Positions 1 through 6,922 of a stretch of DNA of 26,749 nucleotides are shown piece after piece. The translations under genes were made by a program, and so were the position numbers. The first letter of the stretch is position 1; the number at the start of each line of letters is the position of its first letter. The DNA is taken from IMG/VR virus record IMGVR_UViG_3300012953_000185, positions 1 to 26,749 of that record; one strand, 5' to 3'. Source of the DNA: a virus (taxonomy: Duplodnaviria; Caudoviricetes). The notes under the pieces are model-generated. The model saw nothing but the letters and a program-made list of their open reading frames with translations, did no database searches and was not told the origin of the DNA.

Positions 1-1
1 A

Positions 2-517
2 TTCTCTGGTGTTGGAGAGGGTGCTAAAGAGAAAAAGACTATGGCTGACATTGACAAGATTGTTAAATCAGCTAACAATTTTTATAACGCTAAAGTAACA
101 GAAGAAGGTCGTGGAAGATTTCCTGGTCAGTTAAAGTATGATGAAAAAGTCGGTGGATATGATACCGAAGCTTCACTACTTACTGGTATAGGTTCTTTTA
201 CAAAGTATAGTGATGCTGAAGGTGGAAGTTGGGTATCTGTTTTTGGAACAGCTAACACAGCAGCTCCAGCTCCAAGTGGTCATCAAGTTGCTACAACAGA
301 AGATGACGATGGTGATGATGCATTTGATATATCAGTAGGTGCTGAAGAGTTCCTATATGAGTTTGGTGGTAACCCAATCAAGACACCATTTCAGGATGGT
401 CATTACATTTGTGCAATTATACCAGGTGGTGGAAGTGGTGCTGGATCATACTCACCAATCTTATATGTTGCTGACTTAGAAAACCCAAGTAACTTTAAGA
501 AGAAGTTACAACCGTAG
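2..517 (+). CDS. Pilin/pseudopilin-like protein, 5'-truncated by the window edge
   Basis: The frame is open from base 2 (FSGVGEGAKEKKT precedes the M at 41), so the true start probably lies upstream. The amphipathic helix 'EGAKEKKTMADIDKIVKSANNFY...GRFP' matches the alpha1-C region of pilins, and the gene heads a pilin array. The N-methylation motif itself is outside the window. Confidence 0.6.
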   Translation, partial: FSGVGEGAKEKKTMADIDKIVKSANNFYNAKVTEEGRGRFPGQLKYDEKVGGYDTEASLLTGIGSFTKYSDAEGGSWVSVFGTANTAAPAPSGHQVATTEDDDGDDAFDISVGAEEFLYEFGGNPIKTPFQDGHYICAIIPGGGSGAGSYSPILYVADLENPSNFKKKLQP

Positions 518-526
518 GAGATAATC

Positions 527-955
527 ATGTTGAAAAACAGTAAAGGATTTACATTAATTGAACTTATTATGGTTACAATCATTTTAGGTATTTTAGCAGC
601 CGTTGCTATTCCACGATATATGACATCTGTTGAAAAAGCAGAAGCGGCAGCTGAAGATGCGGTCATTAGTGCAATCAAGGCTGGTTTAGAAACATATGCT
701 ACAGAACAACTTTTAGACAATGGTCGTAGAAGTTGGCCAACTAACCCGTGGGAAGCATTAGATACAAAACCTGCTGGATACACTACGGACGCTACTGATG
801 CTGATGTTGATGGAGAGTGGACATACAACACCACTTCAAAGAAAATCACACACCAGCGTAATGATAACTCTCGTGTGGGTTGGCTGTATGACGAAGGTAC
901 TCAAAGTGGTGATAACGCCGTTGTAGGTACACTTGGTTCAAGAGCTAGTCTATAG
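527..955 (+). CDS. Type IVa pilin-like protein (prepilin N-terminal cleavage/methylation motif)
   Basis: MLKNSKG|FTLIELIMVTIILGILAAVAIPRY shows G-1, F+1, E+5 and P+22. An AGGAG SD overlaps the upstream TAG. Confidence 0.93.
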   Translation: MLKNSKGFTLIELIMVTIILGILAAVAIPRYMTSVEKAEAAAEDAVISAIKAGLETYATEQLLDNGRRSWPTNPWEALDTKPAGYTTDATDADVDGEWTYNTTSKKITHQRNDNSRVGWLYDEGTQSGDNAVVGTLGSRASL

Positions 956-963
956 GGGATAAA

Positions 964-1404
964 ATGAAAAACTCTAACGGATTTACTCTGATAGAGTTGG
1001 TAGTAGCAATTGCTTTGGTGGGGATTCTCGTTGGTTCGGTAATCCCCACTTTTTTTAGTACCGTGAACCGAACTCAATCATCTGTAAATATATCTAATAT
1101 GACAATCATAAAACAATCATTTATGCAATACTACTATGATAATCATATGGCAGGTAATCCACATTTTCCTGAATTACCAACAAATGGTTTAATGGATTCC
1201 ACATACCGACAAATAACCTTAGAGGATGGTAGAACACCAGATATGTTGTTTAGTGGAGATTTACCTTATAATACAAATCAAAAACCTTATACTTATTATT
1301 GGGAAAGTGATACGATAAATGGACACATAACTAATCGTATCATAATTAAAGACGATGATTCGGATAGTCCCTCGTATAACGAAAAGGTAGTTGGAGAAAT
1401 CTAA
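964..1404 (+). CDS. Type IV pilin-like protein
   Basis: MKNSNG|FTLIELVVAIALVGILVGSVIPTF class III signal peptide; AGGGGA SD upstream. Confidence 0.92.
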   Translation: MKNSNGFTLIELVVAIALVGILVGSVIPTFFSTVNRTQSSVNISNMTIIKQSFMQYYYDNHMAGNPHFPELPTNGLMDSTYRQITLEDGRTPDMLFSGDLPYNTNQKPYTYYWESDTINGHITNRIIIKDDDSDSPSYNEKVVGEI

Positions 1405-1541
1405 TGCAGGATGAATTATTAGGATTACTTATTGCTACACTATTCGCATGTTTGATATGGGAACTTGATGAAAGACAAGTAACCAAAAAACACAAGAAAA
1501 AAAAGAGAATAGAACAAATAGAAAAACAAGGAAAAAAATGA
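1404..1541 (+). CDS. 45-aa single-pass membrane microprotein with Lys-rich tail (absent from the ORF track)
   Basis: Hand translation gives MQDELLGLLIATLFACLIWELDERQVTKKHKKKKRIEQIEKQGKK*. It fills the gap exactly, with a TAATG overlap upstream, an ATGA overlap downstream and a GGAG SD at 1393-1396. Confidence 0.75.
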   Translation: MQDELLGLLIATLFACLIWELDERQVTKKHKKKKRIEQIEKQGKK

Positions 1542-1936
1542 ATAGTAAAGGATTCACACTAATAGAAATATTAACTGTGATTCTTTTGATTGGTATAATG
1601 AGTGCAATTGCAATTCCAAGATTTGAGAAACGGATTGAGTTAGAGGAATTAAAACATGAAAAAGAATTCACATATACATTATGGGAAGAATTAGAGGTTT
1701 ATGCAAACAAACAATATGAAATATCTGGAACAGAATTCTGGCCGGCACATCCATTATCTGTAATAGGTAGAACGAGAAATATAATTGTCACTATGGATTT
1801 GGGAATACCTGATGAGGATAATGAGTGGCAGTTTGATGGAACTAATTTATATCATAGGAGAATGAACAATGAAGTTTGGTACTTCCAATATAATGCTAAT
1901 AACTTTTTTCTTTCTGAGCTTCCAACTAAGTTATAG
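1538..1936 (+). CDS. Type IV pilin-like protein, paralog of 527-955
   Basis: MNSKG|FTLIEILTVILLIGIMSAIAIPRF. Shares WPxxP, DxDxEWx(Y/F) and HxRxxN motifs with 527-955. Confidence 0.92.
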   Translation: MNSKGFTLIEILTVILLIGIMSAIAIPRFEKRIELEELKHEKEFTYTLWEELEVYANKQYEISGTEFWPAHPLSVIGRTRNIIVTMDLGIPDEDNEWQFDGTNLYHRRMNNEVWYFQYNANNFFLSELPTKL

Positions 1937-2498
1937 TCAACAGGGAGCAGATATTACTCAAACATCAGAAACTAAACGCAGTTCTTTTATGGGACAAGAT
2001 TGTGATGATACAGAATATAGAAATTCTAATGGTAGACCTAATTGGAAAAATTATGGTAGGTGGTTAAGTGAATGTGATTCTATCTCGACCACATATTATG
2101 ATGTGGAGTTTGCAGAAAGAAGAAAGAGACAAGAAGAAAAAGAAAGATTGGCTAAAGAAAAAGAGTTAGCTGAACCACTTGAAGATTTAGATTTAGATGC
2201 TATGTGGGAAAATACTGTATGGGAAGAAATACAAGATGTAGCAGAAAGTGTGTCTTATGAAACAGAATACATAACTGCAGTTGCTGGTGTTCGTGGAGCA
2301 GAAGCTGAAGATGAGGCCTTGGCATTATTATATTACAGAAGAAGTATGAAAGGATTATCCTTATTAGATTTAAAAAAGGCATATGGTAAGTTACAGAATA
2401 CAAAGGATAATCTCATAAAGAAAGACCCGAACCATCCTAAGTTAGAAAAGATAAATAACTTATTGTCACAATTAAAAATAAAAATGAAAAAAGTCTAA
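1869..2498 (+). CDS. Secreted hypothetical protein (helical/coiled-coil)
   Basis: Signal-peptide-like N-terminus (MKFGTSNIMLITFFFLSFQLSYS|QQ), AGGAG SD at 1856-1860, two Cys and a charged coiled-coil segment. Overlaps the upstream pilin gene by 68 nt. Confidence 0.7.
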   Translation: MKFGTSNIMLITFFFLSFQLSYSQQGADITQTSETKRSSFMGQDCDDTEYRNSNGRPNWKNYGRWLSECDSISTTYYDVEFAERRKRQEEKERLAKEKELAEPLEDLDLDAMWENTVWEEIQDVAESVSYETEYITAVAGVRGAEAEDEALALLYYRRSMKGLSLLDLKKAYGKLQNTKDNLIKKDPNHPKLEKINNLLSQLKIKMKKV

Positions 2499-2526
2499 TA
2501 TTTGTAATTTCTTTTATTTGTATATA

Positions 2527-2534
2527 ATAATTAT
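2527..2534 (+). promoter_or_regulatory. ATAnTTAT motif (ATAATTAT), putative phage promoter for the TonB-C gene
   Basis: Variant of the motif recurring in the other intergenic gaps. Followed by a GAAA-tetraloop hairpin at 2540-2561. Confidence 0.4.
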
Positions 2535-2604
2535 GATTGGAAGTTTAAGAAATTAAATTTCAAACCGGACATATAAACTTATCACTAAATAAAGGAGAAA
2601 ACCG

Positions 2605-2946
2605 ATGAGAGCACTAGCATTAATAATGCTAACTGGCTCGGTCTTAGCCAGCGACTTACCAGTTAATCATGGTAAGACAAGACCACCAAAAGCTAAAACC
2701 CAATTCGCACTGAGTTATTATGATATACGAGAGAACCTAATAGAAGAAGTTCCAAAAGAAGGAGTTATTGTAGAATTTGAAATATCAGAAACAGGTAAAG
2801 TAGAAAATCCAAGAATAACAGAAGAATATAATATTAATTTAAGTGAAACCATAATAGATAAGGTATTAGAATTAGAATTCAAACCTGCATTACAAAATGG
2901 TAGACCTGTGAGGATAAGGTATAAGTTACCAATTGTATTCAAGTAA
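2605..2946 (+). CDS. Exported TonB C-terminal domain protein
   Basis: VIVEFEISETGKVENPRI...FKPALQNGRPVRIRYKLPIVFK is a typical TonB_C signature. The N-terminus MRALALIMLTGSVLA|SD resembles a cleavable signal peptide. AAGGAG SD. Confidence 0.88.
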   Translation: MRALALIMLTGSVLASDLPVNHGKTRPPKAKTQFALSYYDIRENLIEEVPKEGVIVEFEISETGKVENPRITEEYNINLSETIIDKVLELEFKPALQNGRPVRIRYKLPIVFK

Positions 2947-2954
2947 AATTGAGC

Positions 2955-2984
2955 AAAAAAAAGGGGAACTTTCGTTCCCCTTTT
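2955..2984. terminator. Bidirectional intrinsic terminator between convergent genes
   Basis: AAAAAAAA-GGGGAAC-TTTC-GTTCCCC-TTTT is a perfect stem. On the minus strand it has a GAAA loop and a U8 tail. Confidence 0.9.
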
Positions 2985-3001
2985 CTGTGCACCGATAATA
3001 G

Positions 3002-3223
3002 CTATTTACGGAATAAACCCACCAACACCAATAAAGCGACTAACCCAGCGAAACCGGATTCGCCGAATTTATTTATGATTGATGTTAGGTTACCAATAAC
3101 ATTTACACCGAAGATACCACTTCCAAATATGACTTCGGAAACTGCACCAATGGTAACAAAGGATAATAGAAGATGTGAAACATCATCTGTCCATCCCTTG
3201 ACGAGTGTTATGATTTCCTTCAT
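3002..3223 (-). CDS. 73-aa hydrophobic membrane protein
   Basis: GGGAG SD 6 nt before the ATG, two to three hydrophobic/Gly-rich segments, ends LFRK, and has its own terminator. It is the only credible minus-strand gene in the window. Confidence 0.85.
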   Translation of the reverse strand: MKEIITLVKGWTDDVSHLLLSFVTIGAVSEVIFGSGIFGVNVIGNLTSIINKFGESGFAGLVALLVLVGLFRK

Positions 3224-3310
3224 TGTTATCTCCCGTTGTTTGTTCTTATCACTAAACAGAAAAGGGACTTTCGTTCCACTAATCTGTAGTCGAGTGAATC
3301 CCGACCAATA

Positions 3311-3318
3311 ATAACTAT
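3311..3318 (-). promoter_or_regulatory. ATAnTTAT motif (ATAGTTAT on minus strand), putative promoter for the 73-aa gene
   Basis: Oriented with the minus-strand gene and immediately upstream of its structured leader. Confidence 0.4.
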
Positions 3319-3350
3319 GTTATTCCTAAAAAATCCTTTTCGCATATATA

Positions 3351-3385
3351 TTGACTATCTTTTTATAAAGCATATATTTATTTAT
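3351..3385 (+). promoter_or_regulatory. Promoter region of the baseplate operon
   Basis: TTGACT (3351-3356)-16 nt-TATATT (3373-3378) sigma70-like pair, overlapping ATATTTAT at 3374-3381. Confidence 0.5.
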
Positions 3386-3418
3386 GAATTATAGTAACCA
3401 AAAATATGGGATTTTATT

Positions 3419-3811
3419 ATGGCAAACGACTATGAATTGTTTGAAGGTAAATCACTATCATCACTTTTTAAAGATATTTACGATAATTCCAAACACAATA
3501 AAACACAACTTGAAACATTAGTTGGAGAAGTTGCAGGATTCATTAAGGATGGGGATATGGCTGTTCAGTTAATTCCTATGATTAAAGAGTATTTAGAAAT
3601 AAATGTGAAGAATGATGAGCAACTTGTGAAACTAGCTGGTATTGTTCAGAGAATAATAGCCAACGAGAATAAGGGTGGAGCAGAAGCAGAGTTTGGATTA
3701 TCCGATAGGGAAAAGGAACAATTACTGAAAAGTATTGATGATGTGGTAGTTGATTTACAAGTTAAATCAGATGATATAAAGAATGATATAAAAGATATTA
3801 AGGAAAATTAA
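3419..3811 (+). CDS. Hypothetical phage protein (helical)
   Basis: Clean 130-aa ORF coupled by TAATG to the gp5-like gene. Confidence 0.75.
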   Translation: MANDYELFEGKSLSSLFKDIYDNSKHNKTQLETLVGEVAGFIKDGDMAVQLIPMIKEYLEINVKNDEQLVKLAGIVQRIIANENKGGAEAEFGLSDREKEQLLKSIDDVVVDLQVKSDDIKNDIKDIKEN

Positions 3812-5355
3812 TGGCATATTTTGGAAGGAATCCAAATAGATCTTATACGGGTAGAGGTAAGAAACAGTTAGATTCAGGTGGTGGATTACCTACAATTGGT
3901 AAGGTCAAACAAGTCATCAATCAATATCAAGATTCTGCAGAAGATAATGTATTTTATGAGTTAGAGGCCGCAGAAGTAATTGCAGTTATAGACAAGGAAG
4001 AAAAAGTACCAAAGGATTCTGAGGGTAATATTATTTGGCCTCTAATGGGATGCATTAAAGCAAGAAAAATTGAATCTGAAACTGATAAACCAATTAACTC
4101 TAATTTAAGATTATATTATCCATTACATCCACTTGAAAGACAATTACCAATACGAGGTGAATATGTAATTGTAATGGAATATATGGGTGTTAATTATTTT
4201 ACTAATGTTATAAACTTTTTGGTAAGTGTAAACGCAAATGTAGCACCCGGTAAAAGTGGGGCAAGACCAGAAGAAATCGTAGAGGAAGATTATATTTATG
4301 ACCATTTTGAATTGGAAACTGAAACTGGTTTTGACCCGAAGATAAAAAAACTATGGCCTTATGAAGGTGATTATACTCTTGAGGGTAGATGGGGACATTC
4401 AATTCGTTTTGGTAGTAATATTGTAAAGGGTTCACACGAAGATGATACCGAAACACAAGATTCACCAAATATTTTAATTCGTGCAGGTCAGATGAATGAC
4501 GCTTTAGATTTTGGTAAGACGGTAGATGAGACACCTTATAAACCAATTAAAGAAGATATAAATGCAGATGGTAGTTCAATTTGGATGACTACTGATCAAT
4601 CTGTAAATTTAAATATTGAGAATACAAATGCATCAAGTCATATTTATATGACATCCGACCATCAAGATGACCAACCAAAAAAGGGTGGAAAGCAAATAAC
4701 AATTAATTCAGATAGAATTACATTTAATAGTAAGAAAGGAAAGATACTTGGATTCAGTCATGATGGTATTGGGTTTTCCACACAGAAAAGTTTTACGGTA
4801 GATGCAGATAATGGTATGCAAATGAATACAGGTGGTGAAACGGTTATGAATATGATACCTGGTGGAATAAGTTTAATAACACCTGGTAATTCAAGATTAG
4901 ACTTGGGTTCAGGTGGTGGTGGAGATAGTGATGTTATTTATTTATCAAGTGAATGTCCATCATATCTCAGACTCGATGATAAAGCACATTTACAAAGTTG
5001 TAAAGGTGCAAATGTACACCTTGATGATTGTGCAGGATTATACACACACAACGAAAGTTATTTAAAAATAGGTGGTAGTAAAGATGAAGCTGTTATATAC
5101 ATAGTTGGTCGTGATGATGTTAAGGAACAACATTTGGTCTTTGGTGAAATACTTACCGACATATTAGATGAGATGTTAGCAGCACAAGAAGCACTTATAG
5201 ATGCCGTTGGTACAATGGGAGCCATACCAAGTGGAGCAGGTCCTACTGGTCTTATCAATTTGGGTGCACCTTATAACGCAATAGTTGACCTTTGGAAGGC
5301 TACGAGTATAGAACCAATAAGAGCAAAAATTTGTAATATCCTCACCAAGGCATAA
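3811..5355 (+). CDS. Baseplate hub/central spike protein (gp5-like)
   Basis: N-terminal OB-fold-like region (...LPIRGEYVIV), then EGRWGHSIRFGS and KQITINSDRITFNSK motifs and beta-helix-like repeats. Lies upstream of gp25/gp6. No lysozyme domain recognised. Confidence 0.7.
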   Translation: MAYFGRNPNRSYTGRGKKQLDSGGGLPTIGKVKQVINQYQDSAEDNVFYELEAAEVIAVIDKEEKVPKDSEGNIIWPLMGCIKARKIESETDKPINSNLRLYYPLHPLERQLPIRGEYVIVMEYMGVNYFTNVINFLVSVNANVAPGKSGARPEEIVEEDYIYDHFELETETGFDPKIKKLWPYEGDYTLEGRWGHSIRFGSNIVKGSHEDDTETQDSPNILIRAGQMNDALDFGKTVDETPYKPIKEDINADGSSIWMTTDQSVNLNIENTNASSHIYMTSDHQDDQPKKGGKQITINSDRITFNSKKGKILGFSHDGIGFSTQKSFTVDADNGMQMNTGGETVMNMIPGGISLITPGNSRLDLGSGGGGDSDVIYLSSECPSYLRLDDKAHLQSCKGANVHLDDCAGLYTHNESYLKIGGSKDEAVIYIVGRDDVKEQHLVFGEILTDILDEMLAAQEALIDAVGTMGAIPSGAGPTGLINLGAPYNAIVDLWKATSIEPIRAKICNILTKA

Positions 5356-5356
5356 T

Positions 5357-5947
5357 ATGGGTTTGGATAAAAATAAACTGAAACAAGGTTTAATTGATAA
5401 TTATAATAGTGGAGCAAATGACGGAGAAAGAACACAACAAGATTCGTCAAAAGAAATGGCAAGAGTAATAGTTGATTACGCTTCAGATGCAGAATTGGTA
5501 ATAGCTGGTTCACCACCTTTAGTACCTGTACCACCACCAGCAGTTCCGACACCTGATCCAAGTGTGTTAGGACAAACGGTAAAAGTTAGTACGGCAAAAA
5601 GTGGAGAGAAAGTATTACAAAGTGGAATTGATGGTAGTTTTACGGCACAAGACCCAACACTTCTGTTGATGGCAACAGCAATACAGGGTTATGTTCCAAT
5701 GTCCTTTACGGCATTTGGTAATAAGTCGAAAACGGTTAATGTTACTGGAGCAACTGTAATGCCCGTACCACCATTATTGGCAGTCGCAGCAACTAAAGGA
5801 ATGGCTGGTGGTTCGGTAGAAGATGTAGCTGGTATTATGGCAACTGCCATACATACTGCATTTATGACCTCGATATTTACAGGTACTGTTGTTAATTTAA
5901 CAAGTGGAGCAGTAATACCTGGTGTAATCGGTGGAACTTTAATATAG
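5357..5947 (+). CDS. Hypothetical spike-associated structural protein (Pro/Ala/Gly-rich)
   Basis: Directly follows the gp5-like gene. Internal repeated helix motif (MARVI / MATAI / MATAI) and a poly-Pro loop. Confidence 0.6.
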   Translation: MGLDKNKLKQGLIDNYNSGANDGERTQQDSSKEMARVIVDYASDAELVIAGSPPLVPVPPPAVPTPDPSVLGQTVKVSTAKSGEKVLQSGIDGSFTAQDPTLLLMATAIQGYVPMSFTAFGNKSKTVNVTGATVMPVPPLLAVAATKGMAGGSVEDVAGIMATAIHTAFMTSIFTGTVVNLTSGAVIPGVIGGTLI

Positions 5948-5961
5948 AATAGGAGTCTATA

Positions 5962-6477
5962 ATGAAAAAACAAGAACTCATAAAAATAATTGAGTTAGTA
6001 GTTCGTAAGGAAGTGAAGAAACAAGTAAATGAGATATTTATTAATGAAGGAATTAAATCATTAAAGAATTCCAATTCATTACAGAGCAAGGAAGAAAATC
6101 TTTCTCTAAAAGAATCACTTTCACAGAATGAATTAAAACCAACTAAACCAAAACCAAAAAAGGAAGTTCGTTATACAGAAAATGAATCCTTAAATAAAAT
6201 TTTGAATGAAACTGCGAATGGTAAGGAAACCGAAGAGTGGCCAACTATGGGTGGTGGAGCATTTGATAGTACTAAAATGGCGGAAGCGATGGGATATGGA
6301 AATATGATGAATGGTGGTACTACGGAAGTAAAACGAGAAATAGCAGCAGCCCAAACCTTAAAGGAAAAGGGAGTTTCAACAAAGGATGTTGGTGAGAATG
6401 TTGTAAACGCACTTACAAGAGATTATAGTGGTTTAATGAAAGCAATAAATAAGAAAAAAGATGGTTTTCGTCCATAG
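5962..6477 (+). CDS. Hypothetical phage protein
   Basis: AGGAG SD; 171-aa ORF in the operon (MKKQELIKIIELVVRKEV...ALTRDYSGLMKAI). Confidence 0.75.
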   Translation: MKKQELIKIIELVVRKEVKKQVNEIFINEGIKSLKNSNSLQSKEENLSLKESLSQNELKPTKPKPKKEVRYTENESLNKILNETANGKETEEWPTMGGGAFDSTKMAEAMGYGNMMNGGTTEVKREIAAAQTLKEKGVSTKDVGENVVNALTRDYSGLMKAINKKKDGFRP

Positions 6478-6487
6478 GAGAAATTAG

Positions 6488-6913
6488 TTGTCAAGTATAA
6501 CAGAATTAGATTTAGATCCCGATGTGACAATCGGTGTTGCATTACCAATGGACTACTCTGATGAGGGTGGTTTTTTTCCTGGTACACAAACAGCACTAAC
6601 ACAAACGAGTAGTAATATTAAAAATCTTTTGTTAACAAATAAAGGTGAGAGAGTAGGACAGCCAGATTTTGGTTGTGGTTTATTAAAAGTATTATTTGAA
6701 CCGATGAGTGATTCTCTTATAGATAACTTACAAAATACGATAATTGAAGCCATGAATAAGTGGTTACCTCATGTACTTGTTAATAAATTAGAAGTATTAC
6801 CTGATGAAGTCAATGAAAATATGTTAATCATAAATATTGAGTTTTCATTACAGCATCAACCCACGATGTTAGATGAATTAACCTTACAGATAGAAACTGG
6901 TGGGGGATATTAG
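6488..6913 (+). CDS. Baseplate wedge protein, gp25/GpW-like
   Basis: SNIKNLLLTNKGERVGQPDFGCGL...LFEP...WLP signature. TTG start with an AGGAG SD. Confidence 0.92.
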   Translation: MSSITELDLDPDVTIGVALPMDYSDEGGFFPGTQTALTQTSSNIKNLLLTNKGERVGQPDFGCGLLKVLFEPMSDSLIDNLQNTIIEAMNKWLPHVLVNKLEVLPDEVNENMLIINIEFSLQHQPTMLDELTLQIETGGGY

Positions 6914-6922
6914 GGGATAAGT

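Noticed and set aside
3224-3310. c-di-GMP-I riboswitch in the leader (two hairpins, GAAA tetraloop)
   Set aside because: The conserved GGCAAACC...GACGCAAAGC core and tetraloop receptor are not recognisable. It is kept only as an unclassified structured leader.
2949-3311. 120-aa plus-strand ORF
   Set aside because: It is the antisense shadow of the 73-aa gene, runs through the terminator, and has a TTG start with no SD.
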